64,000 nucleotides of DNA from Raillietiella orientalis (Eukaryota), in NCBI GenBank assembly GCA_036172245.1, contig JAYWIR010000051.1:434001-498000 (forward strand), read 5' to 3'. The notes beneath the pieces are model-generated. The model was not told where the DNA came from. It ran no database searches and worked only from the letters and a program-made list of their open reading frames with translations. The position numbers were made by a program, and so were the translations under genes. Of this stretch, positions 1-13,638 are shown in pieces; position 1 is the first letter of the stretch, and the number at the start of each line of letters is the position of its first letter.

Positions 1-3000
1 GAAAGGCGCTTGCTGCAGATGGGATCAGAAATTTCGCGTCTGCATTTCTTGTCTGGACCGCAAGACGTTCACTGGAACATCCAAATCTTCTTCCCGGTTT
101 TTTATTTTCATTTTACTTTTTTTTTTCTTCTCGTGCATCGATGACAACCGTTGCCAAGAACGTCCGTTAACAGTTGTCCTCGGTAGTCAGGGAAAAACGT
201 CTTGACACGAGGATCCCTTGTGCTTTGTTAGTAAAGGATGGAGGTCCACGAACCTTTCGTTCCGGGAAGTTTTCGAGGTTACGAGTGGCAATGTCCACTT
301 CCTCCCGGCTGTGCACTGGGATGGCTACAACCCCCCCCCCGCCTTTCCACCCCTCTGCAGCCATCTTCATCAAGCCTTGGTCCAGCTCCGCTCCGAAGTG
401 CTTTGCTTGCCTCATTCTTCAAGGGCGCTACTTCTGCGCGAATGAGGTCGGCGTTTGTGCACGCTTGAGCATTCGCACGAACGTCGAACACATTTGTGCG
501 GATTCCATGGTATAAGATAGAGGAGGGTCTCCCTCCCCGAGGGGGAAGCAATGGTTCCTGGAAGGACCCCGGAGGGTTAACTTCCCATCCCGGCCACTCA
601 TCAGGGGCATTCGCGGCGGATGGCACGTCCCCACGGTAGCGAGGATACAAAGTGAAGCGCGAGGATTTTTCTTAATGGCAAGGACGCGTCGAAGGAGAAC
701 AACGGTCCGGAGAGAAACAGCGCTACAGGAAACAATGGCAGCGGGATCTTCCCGGGTTCCGGTCTGTGCCAAGTCGACACGAGGCACGGCTCAGGAGAGG
801 GACAAGGGGCACTTGGAGGGGAACGACTTCCTAGGAAAGCATCTCTAGATCCTTAGAGAGAACAGCGAGCCGCAAAAACACCCATAAGAGCGCAGCCTTT
901 GGAAGCTGAAGAACCCGTCTTCCGGGCAAGCCGAGACGATCGTGGATCCCCTAGGAGAAATCGCGCGTGCCTCCCGTCTCCCGCTGCCAGGTGATGACTA
1001 TAACTTCTTGAGCAACGAGCCGGTGGTGGCTGGGACGACATGCCATGCGCATGGGCACGCACATGCCACGTGCAAATGGGCTTGGAAGTGCCAGAATTGA
1101 TGGCGCTATAAAACATGGCAGATGGCAGACGTTCCAGAAGGTTTCCATAGAGTGGACGAAAAGCGAATGGACAGCCGGAACTCTGCAAATTACAGTTCCC
1201 CCCCCCCCCTTTCCCCTCCCACACGCTTCCCCTCCTTTCCGATCTAGTGACTTCGTTCGTTCTTGATGCTATTTCCGCTCCTTCGGACCCCTCCGGTCTT
1301 CTCTTTTCGTAGAAAAAGCCGCGGGAAGCCGGCGGTAGGAACGCCAGCCGTTGCAAGCGCCCAGGCGCGCGCCAGCACGTGCACGTGACTGTCTGCCCGC
1401 CCCTACCACTGCAACGCGCCTCGGCGCCGCGCAACCCGAAGCGAAAGCGCAGGGGACTCCTGCGGTGGGCTCCCCCGCACTGGGACACCGCGAGACACTC
1501 GACGCAGCATCCACGGTTCCAGCACTCTCGACTAAATGGATGAGAAGACACGTGGCGCACGGGAAGGGAACTCACACACGCGTTTTGGGGCGATGTTTCG
1601 TTTTGGCGAATGAAGAAGAAGTGGCTCAAGTGCAGCCGGAAGACACGAGGCACCCCTGCAAAGCCGGCTACGTGGCCCGAGGAGACCCGCGCTTACGTAA
1701 AGAAATGCAAGGAAGGAGTTTCCATGGCTTCCATCCTTTCCTCGACCAGCCCATCTCCGTCATCGTAAGAGAAGGGCTGGTCCGCGAAGGGAGTTTCGGA
1801 GTGGGGGGCTTCATCGCACGGGTTCGCAACCGCGCTTCTAGCACGCAGCCTTCCGTTCGGCGCCGGGAGTGCCCGCCCTTGCGTTACGAACACGATGCCA
1901 TGGAGCTCCCATCAAACATGCGGGGATCATACAGCGTCCCATTTCCAAAAACACCTCAAACGCCTACCTATCAATGTGACACCTCGCAGGTCAGCCTAGG
2001 CAGAGATCACCGTGGCTCGTAATGCGTGAGTCAACTGTGGCACGCAGACCGGAGGCGAAGGTCGGGCAGAAGCGAACGGGGACGGAGGAGAAAAGAGAAG
2101 GGAACAGTCCAGGATGGCTGAGGAATCAAAAAGGAAGGCGGCGGGCGAGCCCCTCAAGAACGGAACGGAAAGCACACAGAAGACGACCCCAAAGCCGATT
2201 GCAAGCATCGCCATCACCACCCACCTTCGTGTCCATCTGGTTCGAGGGGGGGAGGGATGGAGAAGACCGAAGCCGGAGCTGCGGAGGGCACGCGTCACTA
2301 TGGAGGGCACACGCGCCAAAACGATCCAGGCGAGCGGCCACCGGACGATACAAGAAGCTGAGAGGAGCACGTTTGGCAGCACTGCTACCAAGCGGCCGAC
2401 AGAATTCCCGGCCGGCCGGACCGCAGCGTGAAAGGGAAAACACCCGAAAGCCGACGAAGAATGTTCCTCTGTGGTTCCGTAAACACGAAAATGAGAAGCT
2501 GAGACGAACGAGTCGACGGGCTCGGAGGAAGATTTTCGAAAACTCTCATAAATCCATCCTCCTGAGAGCAAGGAGCAAACAAGAACTCGCAAAGCACGGC
2601 GCCGAACGAAACCGAAGGTGCACGGCAGCCAGCGACGAAGACTCGCCGTCGTCCGTGGGGATGCGGATGGCTGCGAATGGGACACTCCGGGAGCGAGGGG
2701 TCAGGTGGGAAGAAAATGGTGCGCGCGAAACCGAGGCACTGGAAGAATGGCGCCATAAGTTCTTTTCCCAGTCTCCCTTTTCAGGAGAGCAAGCGTTTGC
2801 GGTTTCCAAAGAGGAGGAGGAGGGTGAGTCCTCCTCCTCCTCGGTGGAGAAAGAGGTCCGCTCGGCTCCGCGGGCAGGCGCGTGGCGGATACTCGGCGAG
2901 CGTCCCACAGGAACAGCGCATGAGCACGAAGGAACGGCGAAGCTGACCCGTGCCAATATGTTCGGAAGCGTCCGATCCCATGCTCTTGCACATGGCGTCG

Positions 3001-5049
3001 CGATCGCCAGATTACCGGACGCAGGACCAACGCATACCCGAAAATGGGGACAGGGGGAACTCTCGAACGCGCGGTTAAGGAGCAAAGTCTGCCGGAGAAG
3101 GAACAGCACATGTTCCACGGAAAGATGAGGGACAGATTTTTTTTTTTTTTCTTTTCAAGGTAGAAGAACCAACGCCGCGCGCCCAGTTCGCCCGGAGGAA
3201 ATAACAGAGGGCGCTGCTGCGTGCGGCTCAGAGGAAGGCTGTCGGAACCCACGCGGTGCCTGCGCGGTTCTGGAGACGGGGCGGACGACTGAAATGGGTG
3301 ATCAGGAGCGAAGAACGTCCGTTTCTAGGCACGCCAGGAGGCGAAACCCGCGTCCCGACGAGCCGAGGGGGGTTCCCGAAACCGGGCGCACGCTGCCGAG
3401 CGGCACGGGAAGGCCGACTGGAGATGAAATTCCACACCGGTCAAAGCATCCATTCCTGCTGCACATGTGCGCGGGTTCGGCGGTGCGTGCGCTCCGGAAT
3501 CCGAAGGGCTACCGTGCTCGTCTAGTCAGCACGCACACGCATAAAAACAGAGCCACGAAGACCAAAGTTTGACGCGGCGTCAGCTTTCGCGGCAGAGACG
3601 GCTGTGGCGCGCGCGCAGCGCGGCGCGCCTTCCGAAAAGGTCCGAAAAGCGCGCGGGTCATTCCTTCCCGAACGGCATACAGCCTCGGCGGCGGATCGTG
3701 CGTCAGCAGGGAATGCAACTTCGAAAGGAGACGGGGAAACCACTTGGAAGGCATTTGGCATCCGAGTGGAAGAAAAAAAATTAGCAGGGGGATAATTACC
3801 GGCTTCTGAAATTTGCTAATTGCCTTATCGTGCCACACGGATGAAAGTAACCGAGGCAGCAGGACACTTTTGAAACTTGCAAGGCATCCGGCCGACTTTC
3901 TGAACCCTGCACTCGCTCTAGGGAGTCAGCAGAGCAGAAGAGTGATGTTTGGGTGAACGGGATCCGGGAAGGTCCCACAAACCCAAGAACAGGCCGTCCG
4001 CTTCCAGACAGGGAGAGCCGGTCTGAGCATGGCGCAATGCATTCTTTCTGCGTGCAAAGAGGGTGGTCATAAAAGGCATGGAGAATGCACGGGAAAATGA
4101 AAGGAAGGTCCCTCCCCCCCCCCCATGTCCACCGTGTGTTCATCCTGGGAAACCGGGTGGGTCAACCTTGAGGCAGGCACGGGTTATTTTGGACGCTCAA
4201 ATTTCTTCCAAGCCGGCGCAGTTCGAGCGCGGGAGCTGTCTGCCAGGATCCGAACTCTCTTCCTTCGTGTCGATTTCCCTCACGGTGGGTACGTGACGCT
4301 GCCGAGCGACCTAATGTTCAGGGTCATCGCGGCGGCCAGAGCAGCCGCAGTGCAGTGGCCAAGCAACGGTATGGAGGACCGACCCTCCTGAACCACCATC
4401 GCCTCCGGTTGCCTAGAAAGCCAGGCAAGTACACGCATACAAAACACTCCCAGATGTAATGGATGTGAAGATGCTTCTTGATTTATGAATAGCGATGTGG
4501 AGGGCAACCGGAAATCGTGTCCGCATTTCACTTTCTAGCATCTCCACAGAAAAAGAGTGCGCAGAGAAAGTTCTCTCCATGGAGAAACCATTTTGGAAAG
4601 CTGCAGGATGAATTTACGGACAAGACATCCTAAAAATGCGCTATTATCTCCGATATCCAAATGACAATGCATGGCCAGCATTGCCTGGGTTCTTCGAACC
4701 ATCTCACGTGGTCAGAAATGGCAGAACCAACGCGCGAGAATTCACCGACGGGGATTGCGTCCCATGCAGCCCCGGTCGAGATGCGCTGCCGAACGTGATT
4801 GCGGCCGGAGTCATTCATCTCCCGTGTCCTACCTATCATGACCGGCTACAACCTGAAGAACGCTAGGTTCGGGATAATTCTACCGTCTCTTCGGGAAGGC
4901 ATGAGGGTTCTTCAGCAGACCCAGGATCGCTCTGGAATCCATTCACAAAATCACGCTGTATGTGAAGCTCGCAGTTGAGGTGGTTCCACAGGCTGCTGTA
5001 GTGTGATACGGGATAGCACGAAGGAACCGGATCTTCCAGGCGATGACAG

Positions 5050-6250
5050 GACGGTCTGGGAAGGAACCGGATAGCAGCGCACGCGTGTGCGCTGCGCACA
5101 GCTACTCACACGGAGTGCATTTACGCAAGGTGCGAAGACTGGCGAAAGAGCTCAGGAGAACATGCACAGTCTCGCTTTCAAAATGACCGCAAGTTCTCGG
5201 ACCAAGGGACGGACGCTGCCGCGTCACAATGCGACCCTGTGACGCGCACTCTACGTATGAAGACAGCGTGCCATCTTAGCACACCGAATGGAAGTTCCAT
5301 CGCTTTGACATGTGGATGTGACAGGTGACTCGTGCGTTCCCATGTGCACGGTTGCCACCGTGTACGACGAAGTCCTCTCTCCTGGGTGCCCGCACCGTTC
5401 CCTCGTTGAACGAGCAGCGCACCATCCGCCGAATACTCGAACGGGATCAGGCAGGAACGGGGACTTCGCACAGGAGGAACGACACGGGCGATTGTGCGCA
5501 AAGTTCCGCTTCGTTCGTGTGCGGTCTCAGCCGCTCGCTTTGGTTTCATGGAAGAGTCTCCGAGATGCGCACGGAGCTAACAGTCTGCGAACGTTTCGCG
5601 ATGAATCCTGGGTGCCGTGCACGTTAGCCAGCACCTTCAGGGGCAGGAAAGACCAAGTGGAAGGAAGAACACCGCCCGATAACTTCCGCAGAATGAAGCG
5701 GTCAGGATGGAGGATCTGGCTGCAGACTCCTCGACTTGAATACCCGATGGCAGATGCCTCCTCGATCAGCAGCATCCTCTATTGAAGAGGTCTCTCAAAT
5801 CATCTCAAAAGACGGTGACGTCCAAGCACGGCGGCGTCACCGGCTTACCACTGATTCACCCGGAACGAAAGTGGTCGCTGCCAGTGAGACATTCTTTCCC
5901 AGGAAATTTGGGACGCTCGCCCGAGACGCTCCAGCTCAATTACACCCATCGCCGACCCTCTCTCCGCGCGAGCGATCAAGATCTTCTTCTGCATCTTTTC
6001 TCGAGAAAGGGGCGGGGTCCGAGGAGAGGAGTCACCATGCTGGCTGCGCCGGTCGCAACTCGGTGGCGACGCTCATGGATGCGGATCCATAAAAACCTAC
6101 GAACGTTTCTTGGACACGCTTCCAGACCAGTTAGCGATTCGGTGGTGGATCGATGCCTCCGCGATGGAGTCGATCAAGAGCTGTCCAGCTGGTGGCGAGG
6201 AAGCGTCTGCTTGTACCACACTGCCTAGCGGAGAGCAGTTTCTTCAGGTG
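5050..6250 (-). mobile_element. Heavily decayed 3' part of an L1/Tx1-like non-LTR retrotransposon ORF2
   Basis: Fragments 'VRRFLW..HRVA', 'KKILIARAERGSAMGVIELERLGRASQISW' and 'WHAVFIRR..SHCD..ENLRSF*KRDC' follow the order of post-RT and zinc-knuckle motifs. Boundaries approximate. Confidence 0.45.
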
Positions 6251-7500
6251 TGGGGAAAGGCGTGATTTCAAGCCATGGACTTTTCCTTTTTTGAAAAAAA
6301 AAAACAAAAAAAAACAAAATAAAATTCAAGATTTTCTTTGTTGAAGAGGAATGCGGTTTCCCGGAATACTCGTGGAACGGAAGCCTTGAAACCATCTGCG
6401 TATCGCCCGGCAACCTGCGAAGCAAGGCCCGCGCCTCATTTCCGAATGGAAGTTGCAAAATGATGCCACAATAAGGAAGTGGGCGGCACGGGATGGTTTT
6501 CCTGAAACCTCGGAGTTTTTCAAATCGTCCCAAGGCTGGCGTTGACTGATTCGTCGAGAGGCGAACACGTGACAACCGCGAACCGGAGCCGACGTGTTCA
6601 CCTTTCCCTTGCGGTCCCGTGGGAAGAGCGAAAGGCAGCTCCCGGAATGCACTCCGCCCCCTCTGCACGACCGAAGAGAGCGGCACGTGAAAGCAGTAGA
6701 GTTCGCAAATGGACGTCCACGAAACACCAGAAAGGAATAGACATACGAAAATACGTAGTTTGGTTAAATAAATAGTTTTCCTTTGGAGGAAAACAAAAAT
6801 CTGGAGGCTTTTGGTAATCAATGGGATGTTAATTTTTTTTTTTTCCTCCAAAATGATGCGCGCAAACGCGGTGCGCACTTGAAGGTTCGTTAGCAGGCGC
6901 ACCTGACCTCGTGCATAAATGAAAACGCAAAGAGACTGCACACGGCCATCCAAGAGGGATTTTCACCACCGCGTCGAAGCCGCACGCAGCCTCGTGACAA
7001 AAGTTACGACGACTGGTGTCCGTCACTTGCCTCGGGGTCGTGAAGCAAGGTCAGATCGCCGGAAAACCCCAGTCGATCGAGCAAACCAGGGCATCTGGTC
7101 GGAAACTGCCCGTTAAATGAGCGAACAGTCGGACTACCCACAGGGCTCCAAAGGAAGTGAGAGGGGTGCACTCCTGCCCGCAGAAGCTGAAGAATGTTTC
7201 GGCTGCTGGTGGTTCGAGCCGTGGCCAAGACGCGCACCCTCACGCTGTCTCGAGTCCACCACCAGACGAAGGAAGACCAGCCCGTTTACCGCAAGCAGAG
7301 CGCATCGAAGGAGCAGGTGGCGGCGACCAGCCATCAAAAGGAAGGGAAATGGCGAAACGCGCCTCCGCAGCTATCAAAACAAGATCAAGAGGCCGTTCGG
7401 CCGTCGAGACAGCGAAGACAACGGCGTGTAAGCTGCAGCCATTCGCTCCTCCCCCTCCCAGGTCCAGGAAGCAGAAGTTGCAACGGACCGCATTACAAAC

Positions 7501-7734
7501 CTTCTGAGACGCGTCCTCCTCGACCCTCCTGCTCTTTTCCTTCGATTCTGCCTGATCTTCCGAGGTGTCGGTCCTTGCCATTATTTTCTGATATTCGAGC
7601 GTCCTCTGCATGTACAACGCTTTCGCCTTCTTCAAGTTCCTGACCGTATCTTGCATCTTCTTCGTCTCTCTGGCCCAAGTCTCCTTAACCTTCCTCCTCT
7701 GCTTTTCCTGCTCCGCTCTCTTCGTATTCAACTT
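7501..7734 (-). CDS. ARHGAP45/29-like exon, F-BAR coiled coil (KLNTKRAEQEKQRRKVKETW...ASQK)
   Basis: ttttag| acceptor, AAG|gtttgt donor, 234 nt; 'EKQRRKVKETW..NLKKAKALYMQR' is typical of this family. Confidence 0.85.
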
Positions 7735-10700
7735 CTAAAACGAACCAAGACGTTAGGGGAAAGAAGACGAAGATCGTCTGGAAATCCTTCGCAGCAAACG
7801 ATTTCCAGATTTTTCGTGGTGCGCTGCAAAGACGCAAACTTCCGTAAAGCGCTCAATCGCAGCGTAGTGATTCCGTGTGCATATGCGCGCCGTGCTAAAA
7901 GTGTGACCCCACTTGAAAACGATTCAGTTTTGCAACGTTCGCAGCGAGCAGAAACGCGAGACGTCTCCCCCGCAGGATCAGAAAACGTGAGCTGAAACGC
8001 ATCTCGAAAATTTGGATCAACCACTTTTGTTCCGAGGACCCAAATCCATTCTCCGCGAGGCCGCGCAGGAGCAGAATTCGACAGGAGATGCTGATGCTGC
8101 AGGGGGGGAGGGAGGGAGGGGGAAGAGAGGCAGTCCAGGGGGCTCCTTACAAGATGCTCAGGACAGCAACAGAGAGAGTCGCCGATTTCAAGGGAGCTTT
8201 TACGAGAAGCGCACGGCAGGTTCGCTCTCGGGAGCCGGCACGCCTGGGAGGTGCGACTGGAACCCGACCCGCCGGGAACGCTTGCGCCGATTCCGAGGTT
8301 TCCCGACGGCCGGGGAACGCGCGGACGCGGCGGCGATCGCGCCGGCCGAACGCGCGGCGCGCAGGGAGCCAAGAAATCAGAGCACATTTTCTCTTTGAGA
8401 GCCGCAGTGAATCGAACGAGCAGCTTTGGAGAGCGATTCCGGTTCGAGGAGAAGGGACAGCGGAAATCCTCAGCAGGAGACAACTGGGATGTCGGCAGAA
8501 ACAGACAGGACGCGCGGCAAATGACTGGAAAGTCGGTGTTGGGACAACAGGGAAGCCATGGTACCAGAGAACGTGGACGCGGGCCTGGGCGGGGACCAAT
8601 TACTCCGTGTTCGGGAAATTCATTTTCGAGACAGACTGCTCGACATTCCTGGACTTCCACACTGAGGGACAGCGAACAAGAGGGAGAAGGAAAAGTTTTC
8701 AACTTGCGATAAGCACGCCTCTGCAAGCATCCTTGGCTATGGCACTGCCCGTGAGCAAAGCTAAAGAGCAAAGGAAAGGCGCAAACGGAGTTTGCAACCG
8801 CTCTTCCTGCGCAGAAACGAAAAGAGTCCAGGAGAGAGGTCGAATCCCGAACAAGGAGCGCCCTCACCTCTAGGAACATGGCTTCGTTCGCCTGCCCGTT
8901 GGAATACACCAGAGGTAGGCTGCTCTGGATGTCATGCTCCAAGGTCTCGCAGTAAACTTCCCGCAAAGGAATGCTGACTTTCGGATTCTGGAAAGAGACG
9001 AGCGAGGATTCGTACGGAGCCGCAAACCCTTCTCGACCTCTTCTCGGATGGTCATCTTCGTGACCTGGGCGAGCCTGTTCAAGCTCTTGGAGAACTCCTG
9101 TTCCAGAGCCACCCGTTTCTCGACGAAGGTCACGATGCACTTGGTGAATTCGGACACCACCTTGGCGTAACGCAGTCCAAACTCCACGCCTTCTTCCAGG
9201 TTCTGCAGGCGGGAATCCGCTTCCTCGACGGTAGTGGTCTTAGGTTCGAGATCATCCATCTGTGAAACCTGAGAGTAGCGAAGGCCAGAGGTTTTGAAAG
9301 GGGCGAGGGAAAATACCTTCGAGACCGTGGGAGACGGAGGCGGTGTGGGAGCGCTGAGGTAGTTCACCAAGTAGTTGGCAGCCCTAGGATGCAAGGGTAA
9401 AGAAACGGCGCGGAAGAGAACGAAGCCGGAATTCTCCCCCACGGGACCATCGCATCTCGATCCCTGAAGGTGAAGAAGACAAGTACTAACCTGGAGCTAA
9501 AGCGGTTCGCTAATGCTTCCACCGCATTCCTGATTCCCGAGCCGTCCTCCGAAAATACGCCGTTGAATGAGTACTCTGTGGACCGCAGCAAGGTCATTTA
9601 CAACCAGGAACTCGGAAGTGGAGCCTTTACCTCTGACGAAGGAGACCACGAACCGACGGGCGGCCTCCAAGTCCGGACACCGAAGGGCAGGGTGCTTTTC
9701 CTGGATGGCATCCAGGATGGAGATCACATGCGCCAGTCTTTTCATGATGGTCTTTTGCAAATCCATTTCTCTCCCTGAAAAAAAAAAAAAAAGAAAAAAA
9801 AAGCAGGTGCATGATTTTGCGCATGTCTTCAGGAGGTGACGATACGCAACGATGCCACCACCATGGGTGGGATGGGGTCGCTGGAGAGAACGCGGAGTTT
9901 CTATCGTCCCGTGCTCCCTCTATTCGAAGAACCGCCCTCGGTTCGAGCAACTTGTTTCCGCACCCCGCCGCTGAACGAACGTGTCAGGAGGGACTCCCAG
10001 CCGCGCTGCTCCGCGACGAGCGCAGCTGGAAGTCCAACCGCGACGAGGTGAGCTCGGGAGGAGGAGGACCGCAAAAACCTCCAGCAGGAAAGAAGGAAAA
10101 AGTCCAGCCACGCAGCAGCCAGAACCGACAACACACAGCGTGTCATGGAGACCGGCGGGCGCTGCCACCGACAGCAAACGCTTCGAGGGATGGCAAAGAC
10201 GCGCCGAAAGAAAACGGGCGAACGTTCCGAACGTGCGTTTCCTCCGAGGGGAAGACTGAAAGCACCCTCCCTCTCAGGAAGGAGCGGTCCGCTGCACCGG
10301 AAGCGAAGCCGAGGGCCCGAGAGCGCGCTGCTCGGAGACGGATGCAGGATTCCCTCGTTTCACACGGCGCATCCACAAATTTCCGATCTACTGCGATGCA
10401 TCTTCCGCGGGGTAGAAGAGAGGTACACCTTTTTTTTTTTTTTTTTGGTTTTTTGCTCTCAGAAATGGAACTTTCCGCGTCCTTCAATCCCGCCAGCCCG
10501 AGGCAGGGACGCCGAGTGACGTGCTCTCGGGTGGTGGGACACATCCACGTCCGATGCTGATCAGCAGGAACACGTGTGAAACACGTTTGTGCACGCGCAA
10601 ACACGCACGGACCCCTCTCCTCCCCCTCCTTCACGGAAGGAGCAGTTTCGGAAAAACGCGCGAACGTGTCCAGCGAAGGCTGACGTGGTCTTTCCCGCCA

Positions 10701-13607
10701 GTGGTTACGCCTCGTGGCCTGCTGATGGAAGGGTGAGAAGAGATCCACCCCGTTTTTTTGTCCTTCTCTTGAGAAAGAACGCGTTGCCAAGCGTCGCAAG
10801 TCGCGTTGCCCTGGTGAGCAGCACACGTACAAAAGTATAGAAGGGCGTATGTGAATCTTGGGAAGGCAAGCGCCCACTCTCGCGGTCGCCGTCCCGCCCG
10901 TCTCGAGATGCTGGCGTCCCAAGAGCAAGGGAAGGCGCTCTCTGCAAAATTCCAAGAACGCGCGCGAGACAGCTCAGGTGAAGATGGTGCCGGCGGCCAA
11001 CACGTCCACCACAGCCGGGGCGACGACCAGCTGCACGCGCGGCCGTGAGGGACGCCTTCCCTGCACCTTGCCGAGCGCGGTCGGTCGGGAAGAAGAGCTC
11101 CAGCCAGCCGCCACGACCGCGGAACTCCAGGCGCCGAACGGAAGACTGCGCTGCTGGAAGCGCGGAGACAAACGCGCGCGACGGAAGCCCTCGCTCCAAA
11201 CCACCCCACCCACCCCCGTCGCTCCGAGACGCCCCCTTCTGCGGCGGCCATCACCACGGGGGCCGCTTAAGGCGCACAGTTGCCTTTCCCCGAACCGCGG
11301 TGCAGTGTGACGCCCGCCCGGCGATGCCTCTTTGGCATTCATCAATCCCCGTTGGATGGTTTTACCTGCTAACTCTTTTCATTTCACTTTCCTCCGCTTT
11401 CCCTCTCGCGTGCTGCGCGCGTCGGCGCTTCCCGCGTGATGCCGGGTCGGCGCGGTCGTCATCGTCTGCATTCTCATATTTGCACGTTTCTTTCATGCAT
11501 TTCAATGAAGGCTCCGGCGTGAGCGGGTTGGAAACAAGGGCGGACACGCCGGGAGAAGGGTAGCAGCAGCTGTGGGGTCCTTTGCAGCGGAGGAGCGATG
11601 GTGGTGGGTGCGCCCCGTAGCCTCGCTTGTAGGGGACCCACCTGGAACAAACCCAAGGGCTCCTCCGCCTTGGAGACGCGACGCGCGCCATCAGTGGAGG
11701 GTGGGGGAGCGGTTCCGTCCGCTTTCGCGCGTCCAGCGTGAGGACCTTTCAGGCTGTATTTCAGAGTCGCGCATGCGCGCAGGTGGGGATCCCGGAAGGT
11801 CAGTCGTGAGAAGGAACGTCTTCATCCATCGTCCAGAATCGTCTGGAGCAGCAGCCTCCGGGAACGCCCGGATGGCTTCCCTGGTTCACGCGAACGGGAG
11901 CACTCCGCGCGCGCAGCAGTGACCTTCCGCGTCTCCGAATTTGGAGCAGGCGGCGCTACGGAGTGATCGCATCCGCACCTGCGTCGCCTACTGATCGCAC
12001 GCGGATCCAATCGTGAGCGGAACCTGAAGGAAACGCTCGGGATCCCCTTGAGCGATGGCAGGAACCGTGCTGGAGGGAAAGCAAGCGGCAAGGACACTCC
12101 TTGGTCCATCCTGGACTGCGGAGCCGCTTGCTCTACGCTGGTGGATTGGGCTGGTGCGCCACCACCTTGCCGCGGTCAGGTGGTCGTTCGTCGCCACGCT
12201 TTTTCGCTCGCGCCAAAAAGCTCGCACTTTCTTTCTTTCTTTTTTTTCCGGAACTCGCGTGTGCTTTTGATTGGTCGCTCGCGCCGAACGCTCGGGCGCG
12301 TGCTGCCGGGTTCCCGTTCCGACCCAGCGCCGTGACGTCATCGCGGCTCTTTTGCTCGGCGACGACGAACCACCGCGCTGTCACTTCCGGCACGTCGAGT
12401 ATGCACAAGAGCGTTTCAGCCCAAGAGATCGCATCCAAATGAGCTGATACGCGGGACGGAGAAAGCGCACGAAACTGTCCCAAACGAGACCGCGGCTCTA
12501 TCCGCTGCGCGTGCGCAGCACCTGGGGCCCCTGCAGCTCGCAGATTCCCTGGTGCTCGTGAAATAGGCGTAGGAGTTGGCAGGAAAAACGGATTTGAGCG
12601 CAGCACCCGCAAAAGGAGGAGGAAAGGGGGGGGGGGGTTGTGGAAAAAATCTGCTGCGCTGCTGCGTCGATGTCACGACGTGTTCCGTACGACGCCGATG
12701 GTGGAACGCACAGCGCCTCGGATACGCGTGCGCGGATTTCTCCGCGAGCGATCCTCAGCATCCGAGAGACTTCCACCAGGGATCACAGGCATCCCTGCAC
12801 TACGGTCACGAAACGGACCTGAATGCTGGAAAATCGTCCAGAAGGTTCCCCCTCTCCCCGCTGTGCGTCGCCCCGTGCCACAGCCGCCGCTGACCTTGAA
12901 TTTCGAGAACGGAAAGCCCGCAGCAGTACGGCACGCAGGGCGAGGAAGGATTCACGCCATTCTCCTCTTCCGGGCAGACGGAGACCACGAGGCTTTTCCC
13001 CGAAGACTTGGTCCGAAGGAGAGAGCGCAGAGGAGGAGCGAAAGAAGCGGATTTGCCCCCAGGGGAAGGCGACGGTGACGCGCCCCCTTACGGTCGAGTC
13101 TTTCGCGCAGAACGAGGGGTCAGCTGCCGGCGCGCCGCCGTGCTTTGGTATCGACGACGACGCGTGCTGGCACCTCCCTCCCCGAAACCCGAAGCCCAGA
13201 AGGGCGGGGTCTTTCTGGGCTCCCCCTCCTCGCAGACCTGTGCGGACGAAATTCAGGGGCGCGCGGTCGAAAAGCCCGCGGGAGGAGGAGGAGGAGTGCT
13301 GCGTCAGGGGGTGCAAGGAGCGGAAGTGGGCGGCCAACGCGGCGGGCACGCCGTCCACCGGAGCGACGGTCCGTAAGGGCGCGGTGACCATGGAAACGAA
13401 AACCAAGCGCCGAATACGCCATTTCTGCCAGCCCCCTCCTCCCCTCGCGATCGGGGATGCAAGGCCCTTCCATGATGAAGACTCGTAATGGGGAACGTGG
13501 CGGTTGCGGGCATCTTCGCCACCTTGTCCTCGTGCCGAGGATGGGATGGCGAAAATTCCCTGATCAAAAGAAAGTTTCCCGCGGAAAAGAAAGTTTTTCG
13601 TTTTTGC

Positions 13608-13638
<31 letters not shown>

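Noticed and set aside
2735..2748. 14-nt match to recalled miR-263a (GGCACTGGAAGAAT)
   Set aside because: 5' seed and 3' end differ, and no precursor hairpin is evident.
5736..6092. Plus-strand RT look-alike 'IEEVSQIISK..SPGT..FFPRKF'
   Set aside because: No following RT motifs; the minus strand explains the region better as a LINE C-terminal remnant.
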